The notes beneath the pieces are model-generated. The model was not told where the DNA came from. It saw nothing but the letters and a program-made list of their open reading frames with translations, and did no database searches. The position numbers and the translations under genes were made by a program. A stretch of DNA of 32,000 bases from Alkalilimnicola ehrlichii MLHE-1. Lineage in GTDB: Bacteria; Pseudomonadota; Gammaproteobacteria; Nitrococcales; Halorhodospiraceae. Location: assembly GCF_000014785.1 (NCBI RefSeq), contig NC_008340.1:270001-302000 (forward strand), written 5' to 3'. Every line of letters begins with the position of its first letter. Within the stretch, counting starts at the first letter, position 1. Shown here in pieces: positions 18,421 to 29,108 of the stretch.

Positions 18421-19653
18421 ATGAGCGATACGGCATTTGGACATTTGGCGGACCGGCAGCGCGGTATTGCCCTGATGATGAGCCTGGTCCTCCTGGCGGT
18501 GCTCTCCCTCGTGGGTGTCACCGCGATGCAGGGCTCTGTACTGCAGGAACGCATGGCGGGTGGGCAAAGCACGTTACAGGATGCGTTCCTTGAGGCCGAG
18601 GCGGACCTGGTCAGGCAGCTTAACTGCGTGCTCGACAACAGTGACGATATGCCAAACCTGGAGGCTGAATGCGGACTGGTCATCGATCCTGATACCAATA
18701 CCTTAGAGTTGACAGCCAATGCGGTCCACGCGACCGGTGCGCGTCAGGTCCTGGCTATGAATGTCCGGTTGAACGTTTTGGGTGAAGGTGACGAAGGGGA
18801 CGAAAGAGCGGGCGGTTTTAACTCCAACGCGGCGGTTTCGTGTTTTGGGGCAGAGTGTGATGTGAGCCCTGGTCCGGGCGCGGCGGACTATGGCATCGAT
18901 GGTCGGGACTATACCGCCCCGGACCTGACCCAAGGGGAAAACTGCGGGATACAGGGTGCTCACACCCGTGATTTCGCAGATGCGGATGTCAGGCAGGATG
19001 TCGCAGGGGCCATCGTACCGGAGGGTGATATCAGTGACAGGCCAGGTGCTGGTGGCGGGGGTGGTAGAGGGGGGCCGCCGGGCGGTGGTGGCGGTGGAGG
19101 GCCCTCTGGAATTATCGGTAGCCCGGATGTGATTGATAACTCAACCCACTACGAGGCGACTTACGGCCACAGTACAGCGCATGCAGTGAATGAGTTTAAT
19201 CAGCTTATCAATAGCCTGGTTCAGGGCAGGGAACCCAGCAGCCATGCTGTGGGTGCGTATGAGGAGGGGATCTACTATGCCGGGGAAGGGGATGAGATCA
19301 CGTTCAGCGGTGAGGGGCAGTCCGGCTTCGGCGGGATTGTTATTCTGGAAGGCGGATCATTAAACCTGGACGGAAACTCCTGTTTCTCAGGGTTGGTTCT
19401 GGTTCGAGGTGGGGGTACGGTAACGGGCGGGACCTCAGCGATCATCGGCAGTGTTATCTCGATTCCGGGTTTTGATGAACAGGGTGAGCCCCTGGAGTCG
19501 GCCCTGGATACTGCTGGCAATACCAGTTTCTTCTATAGTGCCGAGGCCTTGCGACGTGCCGGCGAGATCTGGGATGAGGAAGACGACGACGATGGGGATG
19601 GGCCATCGGGTATCGCGGAGTGGGGTGGCTGGCGTGCGCCGTTGAACTTGTAG
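18421..19653 (+). CDS. pilX: PilX-like minor pilin with unusual Gly-rich linker and extended C-terminal domain
   Basis: N-terminal RQRGIALMMSLVLLAVLSLVGVTAMQGSVLQERMAGGQSTLQDAFLEAEADL is PilX-like. It continues through RPGAGGGGGRGGPPGGGGGGGPS to a repetitive C-terminal domain. Start chosen at MSDTAF. Confidence 0.78.
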   Translation: MSDTAFGHLADRQRGIALMMSLVLLAVLSLVGVTAMQGSVLQERMAGGQSTLQDAFLEAEADLVRQLNCVLDNSDDMPNLEAECGLVIDPDTNTLELTANAVHATGARQVLAMNVRLNVLGEGDEGDERAGGFNSNAAVSCFGAECDVSPGPGAADYGIDGRDYTAPDLTQGENCGIQGAHTRDFADADVRQDVAGAIVPEGDISDRPGAGGGGGRGGPPGGGGGGGPSGIIGSPDVIDNSTHYEATYGHSTAHAVNEFNQLINSLVQGREPSSHAVGAYEEGIYYAGEGDEITFSGEGQSGFGGIVILEGGSLNLDGNSCFSGLVLVRGGGTVTGGTSAIIGSVISIPGFDEQGEPLESALDTAGNTSFFYSAEALRRAGEIWDEEDDDDGDGPSGIAEWGGWRAPLNL

Positions 19654-19707
19654 CCGTTGGTCTTGGCCAGGGGCCGCTGGATGGTGGTGCGCTCCTGGTC
19701 TTGCACT
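19654..19707 (-). pseudogene. relic of the 3' region of a pilR-like gene
   Basis: gccgttggtcttggccaggggccgctggatggtggtgcgctcctggtcttgca closely matches pilR at ~20479-20531. Minus translation QDQERTTIQRPLAKTNG versus pilR QDLERTAIQRALAKTNG. Confidence 0.8.
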
Positions 19708-19855
19708 GCCAGATCGGTTGGTGGGTTTCGTGGCGGTGCTCAGTGATCAAGCAGGGCTGGCTCGGCTTACGCTGAGGCGGTGTGAGCGGGTCGTCCCGCA
19801 GCCGCGGTGCTCACGGGCGGCGGGCGCGATAAAGCCCGCCGCCCGTGGGACGCGA

Positions 19856-20305
19856 CTATTCGACGGTGATCTGAATCGTCTCGGAGACGACCGGTGGGTC
19901 AAAGCTGATGTGGCGGTAGTCCATGAACAGCAGTTGCAGGGTGTGGGTGCCGGGTTCGAGTTCGATCTTGCCCTCGGTCTGGCCACCACCGAAGTGGCGC
20001 GTTTGATCGGTGAAGGGTAATGACCCATCCAGGTCGATTTCGTCCAGCGGCTTGTTGATCAGCAGGTGATGGTGGCCGGTGTTGTCGGCCTCCAGGCCAG
20101 CCGGGGCCACACCCATGCCGCGCAGCCCCATCTGCACGTGGACCGGGCTTTCGACGGTGTCACCGTCCTGTGGGCTGATGAAATAGACCTTGGCGTCTTC
20201 CGGTGCCGAGATGCGTTCCACGCCCGTGGCGCTGCCGGCCGCCAGTGCGAGTCCGCCGGTCAATACCAGAAGGGCTGACGTTCGGGCAAGTGATTGTAGT
20301 TTCAT
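19856..20305 (-). CDS. exported DUF4399-like protein
   Basis: Signal peptide then AKVYFISPQDGDTVESPVHVQMGLRGMGVAPAG...TGHHHLLINKPLDEIDL...FGGGQTEGKIELEPGTHTLQLLFMDYRH; GGAGGAG ribosome-binding site. Confidence 0.75.
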   Translation of the reverse strand: MKLQSLARTSALLVLTGGLALAAGSATGVERISAPEDAKVYFISPQDGDTVESPVHVQMGLRGMGVAPAGLEADNTGHHHLLINKPLDEIDLDGSLPFTDQTRHFGGGQTEGKIELEPGTHTLQLLFMDYRHISFDPPVVSETIQITVE

Positions 20306-20397
20306 CTCCTCCGCGCTCCTTCGGCTTGTTGCCAGCCGTGTTGAATGCGTCAAAAGTATAGCCTACGTGAGGCCATTCACCGCGTTCGGCGCAGCGG

Positions 20398-21753
20398 CTA
20401 CTCCATTTCCAGCTTTTTCAGCTTGTAGCGCAGGGAGCGGAAGCTGATGCCCAGCAGGTTGGCGGCGGCGGTCTTATTGCCGTTGGTCTTGGCCAGGGCC
20501 CGCTGGATGGCGGTGCGCTCCAGGTCCTGCAGGTAGCCTTCCAGCTCGAAGCCCTCATCCGGTTCGGGGATCGCCAACTCACTGTTCTGCTGTGCCGGGG
20601 CGGAGGCGTCGCCGTCCGGCAGGTGCAGGTCCTCCACGTCGATGACGCCTTCGTCGGCCAGCGTCAGCGCCCGTTCCAGGATGTTCTCCAACTCCCGCAC
20701 ATTGCCCCGAAAGGGGTGGCGCTGCAGGGCGCGCAGGGCGTCGGTGGTCAGGCGCGGTCGTAGTTCCGGGTCGTCGCCCACCATCTTTTCCAGCAGGTGA
20801 TCGATCAGCGGGGGGATGTCTTCGGGGCGCTCGCGCAGGGGTGGGATGGAGAGCGGGATGACGTTCAGCCGGTAGTAGAGGTCCTCGCGGAAGGCGCCTT
20901 CCGCCACCCGGCGGGCCAGATCCTGGTGGGTGGCGGAAAGGATGCGTACGTCCACCGGGACCTCCTTGCTGGCCCCCACCGGGCGCACCCGTTTCTCCTG
21001 AATGGCCCGGAGTAGTTTGACCTGCATAGGCAGGGGCAGCTCGGCCACCTCATCCAGAAACAGGGTGCCGCCTTCGGCGGTCTGGAACAGCCCCTTGTGG
21101 TCGGCGTGGGCTCCGGTGAAGGCGCCCTTTTTGTGGCCGAAGAACTCCGACTCCATCAGCTCGGAGGGGATGGCGCCACAGTTGACGGGCACGAAGGGGC
21201 CGTCACGGCGCGGGCCCTTGTCGTGGATCAGGCGGGCGACCAGCTCCTTGCCGGTGCCGGAGGGGCCTTGGATGTAGACCGGTGCCTGGCTGCGGGCCAG
21301 TTTGACGATCATGCCGCGGATCCGGCGCATGGCCTCGGAGTCGCCCAGCAGCACGTCGCGGGAGCGGCGGTCGATGGCGCTTTCCGGTCCCAGCTTGAGG
21401 GCCTGGTTGACCACCTGGCGCAGGGTGTCGACGTCCAGCGGTTTGGGGACGAAGTCGAAGGCACCGGCCTTCATGGCCTCCACGGCGGTGTCCATATTGC
21501 CGTAGGCGGTGATCACCGCGGTGGGCATGTCGGGGAAGCGCTTCTGGATGTAGCGGACCAGTTCGATGCCGTTGCCATCCGGCAGGCGCATGTCTGTCAG
21601 GCAGAGATCGTAGGCCTGTTCCTGCAGCCGGTCCCGCGCCTCGCGCAGGCTGGCGGCGGTGCGGCAGTTGATGCCCATGCGGCGCAGGGTGATGCCCAGC
21701 AGGTCGCGGATGTCCGGTTCGTCGTCCACCACGAGCACTTGTGGTGCGGCCAT
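20398..21753 (-). CDS. pilR: sigma-54-dependent response regulator, PilR-like
   Basis: Receiver (VLVVDDEPDIRDLLGITL), AAA+ (GPSGTGKELVARLIH, GAFTGAHADHKGLFQTAEGGTLFLDEVAELPL), Fis-type HTH (ERTAIQRALAKTNGNKTAAANLLGISFRSLRYKLKKLEME). Confidence 0.88.
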   Translation of the reverse strand: MAAPQVLVVDDEPDIRDLLGITLRRMGINCRTAASLREARDRLQEQAYDLCLTDMRLPDGNGIELVRYIQKRFPDMPTAVITAYGNMDTAVEAMKAGAFDFVPKPLDVDTLRQVVNQALKLGPESAIDRRSRDVLLGDSEAMRRIRGMIVKLARSQAPVYIQGPSGTGKELVARLIHDKGPRRDGPFVPVNCGAIPSELMESEFFGHKKGAFTGAHADHKGLFQTAEGGTLFLDEVAELPLPMQVKLLRAIQEKRVRPVGASKEVPVDVRILSATHQDLARRVAEGAFREDLYYRLNVIPLSIPPLRERPEDIPPLIDHLLEKMVGDDPELRPRLTTDALRALQRHPFRGNVRELENILERALTLADEGVIDVEDLHLPDGDASAPAQQNSELAIPEPDEGFELEGYLQDLERTAIQRALAKTNGNKTAAANLLGISFRSLRYKLKKLEME

Positions 21754-21874
21754 GGTCCAGTCCCTCGGCTGACGCGGGCGGGGTGTCAAAATACGTCACC
21801 ATGGTACTACGCTGGCCAAAGCCGCAATGTGCGAGACCGCACACTATTGGCGCGGATGGGACGGGGTCGGGGCG

Positions 21875-22213
21875 CTATCCGTCGGGTTCCGCCGGGCCGC
21901 GCACGGCCTCGCGCTTGTTCGAGGTGAACCCTCCCTCGCCGTCCGGGTAGTGGATCAGCGTGGTCACCACCCGGTCGGGCGCGGTGGTGTGGGGGGTGTA
22001 CTGGTGGTAGCCGTCCTCGGTGACCCCGACGGGGATCATGTAGAGGTTCTCGCCCACCTTCACCGCGCCCTCGGGCAGCCCGGTCTCCGACTCCGCCTGC
22101 GGCGGCGGTGGAGCGTCCGGGCGGTCCGGGGCGTCATTGCCGCTGCAGCCGGTGGCTGTCAGCATGCCCAATGCCATGGCCAGGCCTGCGTAGTGTCCAC
22201 GTCCTTTCGCCAT
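21875..22213 (-). CDS. small predicted lipoprotein, hypothetical
   Basis: [25 protein letters not shown] lipobox; the 112-aa ORF overlaps the pyrE stop region. Confidence 0.6.
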   Translation of the reverse strand: MAKGRGHYAGLAMALGMLTATGCSGNDAPDRPDAPPPPQAESETGLPEGAVKVGENLYMIPVGVTEDGYHQYTPHTTAPDRVVTTLIHYPDGEGGFTSNKREAVRGPAEPDG

Positions 22214-22872
22214 TATTGCACCCCGTAGCGGTTGCGGTAGGCACGGATGCGTTGCAGATCGTCCTCGTGCCGGCCGGTGCGTGCCAGCCAGGCCTCCAGG
22301 TCGTCCAGGCAGATGATGTTGACCACGGGCAGGTCGAGCCCGCGCTCCACCTCCTGGACCGCCGACTGCTCACCCTCGCCGCGTTCCTGGCGGTCCAGGG
22401 CGATGATCACCCCGGCCGGCTGCGCCCCGTGCTCGCGGATTAGGTCCACCGCGCCGCGCACGGACATGCCGGAGGAGATGACGTCGTCGATGATCAGCAC
22501 CCGGCGGCGCAGCGGGGCGCCCACCAGGTTGTTGCCCTCGCCGTGGGTCTTGGCCTCCTTGCGGTCGAAGGCGTAGGGGACGTCCCGGCCGTGGTGTTCG
22601 GCCAGGGCGATGGAGAGCGAGGCGGCCAGCGGGATGCCCTTGTAGGCGGGGCCGAACACCATGTCGAACTCGAGCCCCGAGTCCACCAGGGCCTGGGCAT
22701 AGTGCTGACCGAGCCGGGCCAGGGCCTGGCCGCTGTTGAACAGCCCGGTGTTGAAGAAGTAGGGGCTCTGGCGCCCGGACTTGAGGGTGAAGTCGCCGAA
22801 GCGCAGCACCTCGCGCTCCAGGGCGAACTCGATGAAGCGGGTCTTGTGGTCGGTGGTGTCGGTCATGGCCAA
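22213..22872 (-). CDS. pyrE: orotate phosphoribosyltransferase
   Basis: [74 protein letters not shown]. Confidence 0.96.
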   Translation of the reverse strand: MAMTDTTDHKTRFIEFALEREVLRFGDFTLKSGRQSPYFFNTGLFNSGQALARLGQHYAQALVDSGLEFDMVFGPAYKGIPLAASLSIALAEHHGRDVPYAFDRKEAKTHGEGNNLVGAPLRRRVLIIDDVISSGMSVRGAVDLIREHGAQPAGVIIALDRQERGEGEQSAVQEVERGLDLPVVNIICLDDLEAWLARTGRHEDDLQRIRAYRNRYGVQ

Positions 22873-22877
22873 GGTCT

Positions 22878-25526
22878 CTACCCGGTGTTGCGCATGCCGG
22901 CGGCGATGCCGTTGATGGCCACCATGAGCACGCGGCGGAGCTGTTCATCGTCGCACAGGCGGCTGCGGTAGAGCAGCTCGGCCTGCAGCAGGTTGAGCGG
23001 GTCCACGTAGGGGTTGCGCACGTCCACCGCGCGGCGGACTACCGGGAAGTCGGCCAGCGGCCGTTCGTGCCCGGTGACGCTAAGCACGGCGTCCAGGGTC
23101 TTGCGGTAGCGCCCGCGCAGCTGCTCGCCCATGCCGTGGAGCTCTTCCGGCACCAGGCGGCGGTCGTAGAGGCTGGCCACGCCCGGGTCGCCCTTGGCCA
23201 GGACCATCTCCACCATGTCCAGGAAGGCCTCGAAGAAGGGCCACTGCTGGAACATCTCCCGCAGGGTGTCGCCTAGGTCCTCCTCCAGCGCCTCGCTCAG
23301 CGCATCGCCCACGCCCAGCCAGGCGGGCAGCATCAGGCGGGTCTGGGTCCAGGCGAAGATCCAGGGGATGGCCCGCAGGTTGTCGACGGTGAGCGCCTTC
23401 TGGTTGCGCTTGGCCGGACGGCTGCCGATGGCCAGCTGGCCGATCTCGCGCACCGGGGTGGCGGCCTGGAAGTACTCGATGAACTCTGGTGTCTCCTTGA
23501 CCAGCCCGCGGTAGGCCCCGCAGGCGGTGTCGCTGAGCCGGTCCATCACCTCGCGCCATTCGGGCCGCGGTTCGGCCGGCGGCTGCAGGGTGGCCTCCAG
23601 CACCGCGGCGGTGTAGATCTCGAGGTTGCGCAGGGCGATGCCGGGCAGGCCGAACTTGGACTGGATGACTTCGCCCTGTTCGGTGACCCGCAGGGTGCCC
23701 TTGACCGAACCGGGCGGCAGTGAGAGCACGGCGGCGTGGGTGGGACCGCCGCCGCGGCCGATGGAACCGCCCCGGCCGTGGAACAGAGTGAGTTGGATGC
23801 CGTTTTCCTCGGCCAGGGCCACCAGGGCCTCCTGGGCCTGGTAGAGGGTCCAGGCAGCGGTGAGGTGCCCGGCATCCTTGCCCGAGTCGGAGTAGCCGAT
23901 CATGATCTCCTGGTGGCCGCCGATCCGGTCGCGATACCAGGGCTGTTCGAACAGTACCCGCATGGTCTCGGCGGCGTTCTGCAGGGTGTCCCGGGTCTCG
24001 AACAGCGGGACGCTGCGCAGCGGTTGGGTGACACCGCAGGCCTTTTGCAGCAGCTCCACCGCGAGGATGTCGGAGGGGTGTTCGGCCATGGAAATGATGT
24101 AGGCGCCCAGGCCGTCGCTGCCCAGCTCGGCCAGGGTGCGGCAGGTCTCGAGGACCTCGGCGGCCTCCTCGCCCGGTTCCAGGTCGTCCGGGATCAGCGG
24201 CCGGCGGCTGGCCAGCTCGCTCAATAGCCAGCGCTGACGGGCCTCCTCGTCCCACTGGTCGTAGCGGCCCAGGCCCAGGGCGCTGGTGATCTCGGAGAGG
24301 GCGTCGGCGTGGCGGTCGGCGTGCTGGCGGATGTCGAGCCGGGTGAGGGTGAGGCCGAAGCAGGAGACCCGGCGAATAGTGTCCAGCAACTCGCCCTCGG
24401 CCACCTGGCCAGCGCCGCAGCGGTGGAGCGAGTGGTAGCAGGTCAGCAGCGGCCGCAGTAGGTCCTCCTTGTCCAGTAGCACTTCGCCCTCGGGCGGGCG
24501 CTTGCCGGCCAGGCGGGCTTCCACCCAGCGCTGGGTCAGGCGCAACCGGGCCCGCAGGCGTTTGAGCAGCACCCGGTAGGGCTCCCAGGCGTCGCCCACC
24601 AGCTCGCGCAGGGCCTGGTCACAGCGGGTCATGGACAGGGTGTTGATGAGGGTCTGGATTTCCTTTTCGTACAGGGTGGCGGCCATCCAGCGGCCGGCCA
24701 GGCAGACCTCCCGGGTGACCCGGGCGGTGACGTTGGGATTGCCGTCTCGGTCACCGCCCATCCAGGAGCCGAAGCGGATGGGGGCGGCGTCCAGCGGCAG
24801 GGCGCGTCCGGTGTGCTCGCGCAGACTGCGGTCGAGGTTGCGCAGATAACGGGGGACGGCGTCCCAGAGCACTTGTTCCATTACCGCCAGGCCCCAGCGC
24901 GCCTCGTCCACCGGCGTGGGCCGGCGGCGGCGGATCTCGTCGCTCTGCCAGGCACCGATGATCTCCCGGCGCAGGCCGGCGGTGACCTCCTCGGTTTCGT
25001 CGGGGGTCAGGTCCAACCGGTCGCGGCCGTCCAGCAGCCGGGCGATGCGGTTGTACTTCTGCAGCATGGTACGGCGCTGGGTCTCGGTGGGGTGGGCGGT
25101 GAGGACCAGCTCGATGTCCAGCTCGCAGGCGGCGTGGTAGAGGGCCTCGGGGTCGGTCTCGCCCTGCAGCAGGCGGGGGAAGGCCTCGGCCAGCGAGCCC
25201 TTGAGCGGGCTGGCGTCCGGGCTGCGCGCCCACTCGCGGCTGCGCCGGACGCGATGGTGCTGTTCGGCGATGTTGGCCAGGTTGAGGAACTGCGAGAAGG
25301 CGCGGGCGACGGGCATGATCTGGTGCTCATCCAGCGAGCCCAGCTCCTGCTCGAGGGCCTCGGCGGCGCCCTGATCCCCGGCGCGCGCCTGTTTGGCCAG
25401 GGCGCGGATGCGCTCCACGGTGTCGAAGAGATCCGTGCCCTCCTGCTCCTTCAGGGTGTCGCCCAGCATCTCGCCGAGTAGGCGAATGTCGTCGCGCAGG
25501 GCGGCATCGGAATCCTGAATGCTCAT
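22878..25526 (-). CDS. ppc: phosphoenolpyruvate carboxylase
   Basis: [78 protein letters not shown]-terminal [12 protein letters not shown]. Confidence 0.97.
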   Translation of the reverse strand: MSIQDSDAALRDDIRLLGEMLGDTLKEQEGTDLFDTVERIRALAKQARAGDQGAAEALEQELGSLDEHQIMPVARAFSQFLNLANIAEQHHRVRRSREWARSPDASPLKGSLAEAFPRLLQGETDPEALYHAACELDIELVLTAHPTETQRRTMLQKYNRIARLLDGRDRLDLTPDETEEVTAGLRREIIGAWQSDEIRRRRPTPVDEARWGLAVMEQVLWDAVPRYLRNLDRSLREHTGRALPLDAAPIRFGSWMGGDRDGNPNVTARVTREVCLAGRWMAATLYEKEIQTLINTLSMTRCDQALRELVGDAWEPYRVLLKRLRARLRLTQRWVEARLAGKRPPEGEVLLDKEDLLRPLLTCYHSLHRCGAGQVAEGELLDTIRRVSCFGLTLTRLDIRQHADRHADALSEITSALGLGRYDQWDEEARQRWLLSELASRRPLIPDDLEPGEEAAEVLETCRTLAELGSDGLGAYIISMAEHPSDILAVELLQKACGVTQPLRSVPLFETRDTLQNAAETMRVLFEQPWYRDRIGGHQEIMIGYSDSGKDAGHLTAAWTLYQAQEALVALAEENGIQLTLFHGRGGSIGRGGGPTHAAVLSLPPGSVKGTLRVTEQGEVIQSKFGLPGIALRNLEIYTAAVLEATLQPPAEPRPEWREVMDRLSDTACGAYRGLVKETPEFIEYFQAATPVREIGQLAIGSRPAKRNQKALTVDNLRAIPWIFAWTQTRLMLPAWLGVGDALSEALEEDLGDTLREMFQQWPFFEAFLDMVEMVLAKGDPGVASLYDRRLVPEELHGMGEQLRGRYRKTLDAVLSVTGHERPLADFPVVRRAVDVRNPYVDPLNLLQAELLYRSRLCDDEQLRRVLMVAINGIAAGMRNTG

Positions 25527-25654
25527 CGGTCGCTCCTCGGTGATTCGAATGTGCGCAGCTTACAAAGGTTTTGTGCCGCGGTGCTACCCGGCCGTTACAA
25601 AATGCCGCGAGGTTGGCTTGGGTTGCCACGTCGCTGCGCGCGGGCCTTCCCCAC

Positions 25655-26067
25655 CGTCACTGCGGGAAATGCCACCCCCCACAACCGCCACTGCGGGAAG
25701 TGCCCCCACCCACAAAGGCACCGTCACTGCGAGGAGGCGAAGCCGACGCGGCAGTCTACCCCTCTGGATCGCCGCGGGCCTTCGGCCCTCGCGATGACGG
25801 GGGTGTTGCCCCCACCGTCACTGCGAGGAGGCGAAGCCGACGCGGCAGTCCACCGCTCTGGATCGCCGCGGGCCTTCGGCCCTCGCGATGACGGGGGTGT
25901 TGCCCCCACCGTCACTGCGAGGAGGCGAAGCCGACGCGGCAGTCTACCGCCCTGGATCGCCACGGGCCTTCGGCCCTCGCGATGACGGGGGAAAGCCTTC
26001 GGCCCTCGCGATGACGGGGGAAAGCCTTCGGCCCTCGCGATGACGGGGGAAAGCCTTCGGCCGTCCA
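25655..26067. repeat. array of the dispersed repeat: three full-length units, two truncated leading units, and trailing 29-bp tandem tail units
   Basis: gtcactgcgaggaggcgaagccgacgcggcagtc...gcgatgacggg recurs near 25723, 25818 and 25912. The 29-bp gatgacgggggaaagccttcggccctcgc unit repeats from 25981. Confidence 0.88.
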
Positions 26068-26074
26068 GACCATG

Positions 26075-26108
26075 AAAAAACCCCGGGCGGCGGGGCCGCT
26101 CCGGGGCT
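26075..26108 (-). terminator. rho-independent terminator of icd
   Basis: Minus strand GCCCCGG AGCGGCCCCGCCGC CCGGGGTTTTTT. Confidence 0.8.
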
Positions 26109-26152
26109 TAAGACAACAGGCCGTGGGGCGCTGCCCTAAGGGGCCGTGTTGC

Positions 26153-27913
<1,761 letters not shown>

Positions 27914-28187
27914 TCGTCCTCCTTAGAATTAGTGTCGGGTCGAGTTGCGGACGGGCTTTTGGCCCGCCTTCCGCGCGGTGGCTTTCTATCAGGTGCGGTG
28001 CAACTCGGGGACAGCCTGAATATTCTGGACCACGCCCAGAGGGCGATCAAGCAGATAGGCGGCGCGAGCCCTCGCTGGGCCCCCAAGGGCGGGGGCTTTC
28101 CTTTGGTCTTTTGAGCGGATGCGTCGGGGCTGGTCGCCGTGTTGCGACTTCCGCCCCGGCACTATGCGTCCAAGCCGGTCGTCTCCG

Positions 28188-29054
28188 CTACAGGCCGTAC
28201 TTGGGCGGGAAGTAGGACAGCGGGGGTTCGCGGTTCAGCCAGCCCTTGATCGGATCGCTGTCATTGGGGCAGTAAGGCCGGTCCTCGGGCTTGAGATGGC
28301 ACCGACCGTAAGTCACTCGATTATTTACATAGCCGTGCTCGGACCCGCGCACGACCCATTTCCATGAGCCCTCGACGTCGTCCTGTCGCCAGAGATTGCC
28401 GGCCAGGTTATTCATGGCCGGGGCGTAGCCCTGCTCGGCGGCCTTGACGTCTTCTGCTCGCGGGGGCCAGTCGCCGGAGCGTTCCTGAATACGACTCGCC
28501 CACAGGTCTTGTGCCTGGGGAAGGCCGGCTGCGGCGGCGTTGCGCAACCAGTTTCGACCCTCTTCCACGTCCTCCAGCGCAACATAGACTGAATACAGTG
28601 CAAGCATGGCATCCGGATCCCCTTCCTCGGCTTTGGGGAGTTCCTGGTCCAGAGCCATTTTTGCCCAGGAGTCATGCTCTTCGGGGCAGATGTCGGCCAG
28701 CTCGCAGATCATGCCCCAATTCAGACGAAGCATGGCGTAGGGATCCCCGCCCTCCGCCGCGCGGTGGTACCAGTCGATGGCCTCGCGGGACATGCCACGG
28801 TCCATAAAGCGGTAGATCTCGCCAAGGGTGTACATGGACTCTACATCGCCTGCCTCGGCGGCCTTTTCGAGGTGGTGGATGGCCACGCTTCGCCACCGGA
28901 TGCCGTACAAGCGCATGCCTTCTTCCTTCGCCTGCCGGGCTTCTTCATTTAGTTCACGTGCCGTGTCGGCGCTGCTGAGCGCGCTAGTGGACCCCACTGC
29001 GATCAGCAGCGCCATGAATCCGGTCAGTGGCCATCTGACAGTGCTTGAGTTCAT
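28188..29054 (-). CDS. exported Sel1-repeat (TPR-like) protein, copy B
   Basis: Signal peptide; AAEAGDVESMYTLGEIYRFMDRGMSREAIDWYHRAAEGGDPYAML and similar Sel1-like repeats; ends WLNREPPLSYFPPKYGL. Confidence 0.85.
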   Translation of the reverse strand: MNSSTVRWPLTGFMALLIAVGSTSALSSADTARELNEEARQAKEEGMRLYGIRWRSVAIHHLEKAAEAGDVESMYTLGEIYRFMDRGMSREAIDWYHRAAEGGDPYAMLRLNWGMICELADICPEEHDSWAKMALDQELPKAEEGDPDAMLALYSVYVALEDVEEGRNWLRNAAAAGLPQAQDLWASRIQERSGDWPPRAEDVKAAEQGYAPAMNNLAGNLWRQDDVEGSWKWVVRGSEHGYVNNRVTYGRCHLKPEDRPYCPNDSDPIKGWLNREPPLSYFPPKYGL

Positions 29055-29108
29055 AGTGCAATCTCCGGCATTGGATGCCTGATCCGCCTTCTTTTAGTGC
29101 GCTGGTTC

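Noticed and set aside
25655-26067. Possible CRISPR array
   Set aside because: Units are ~80-95 bp with no unique spacers of uniform size, the tail repeats are directly abutting, and no cas genes are in the window.
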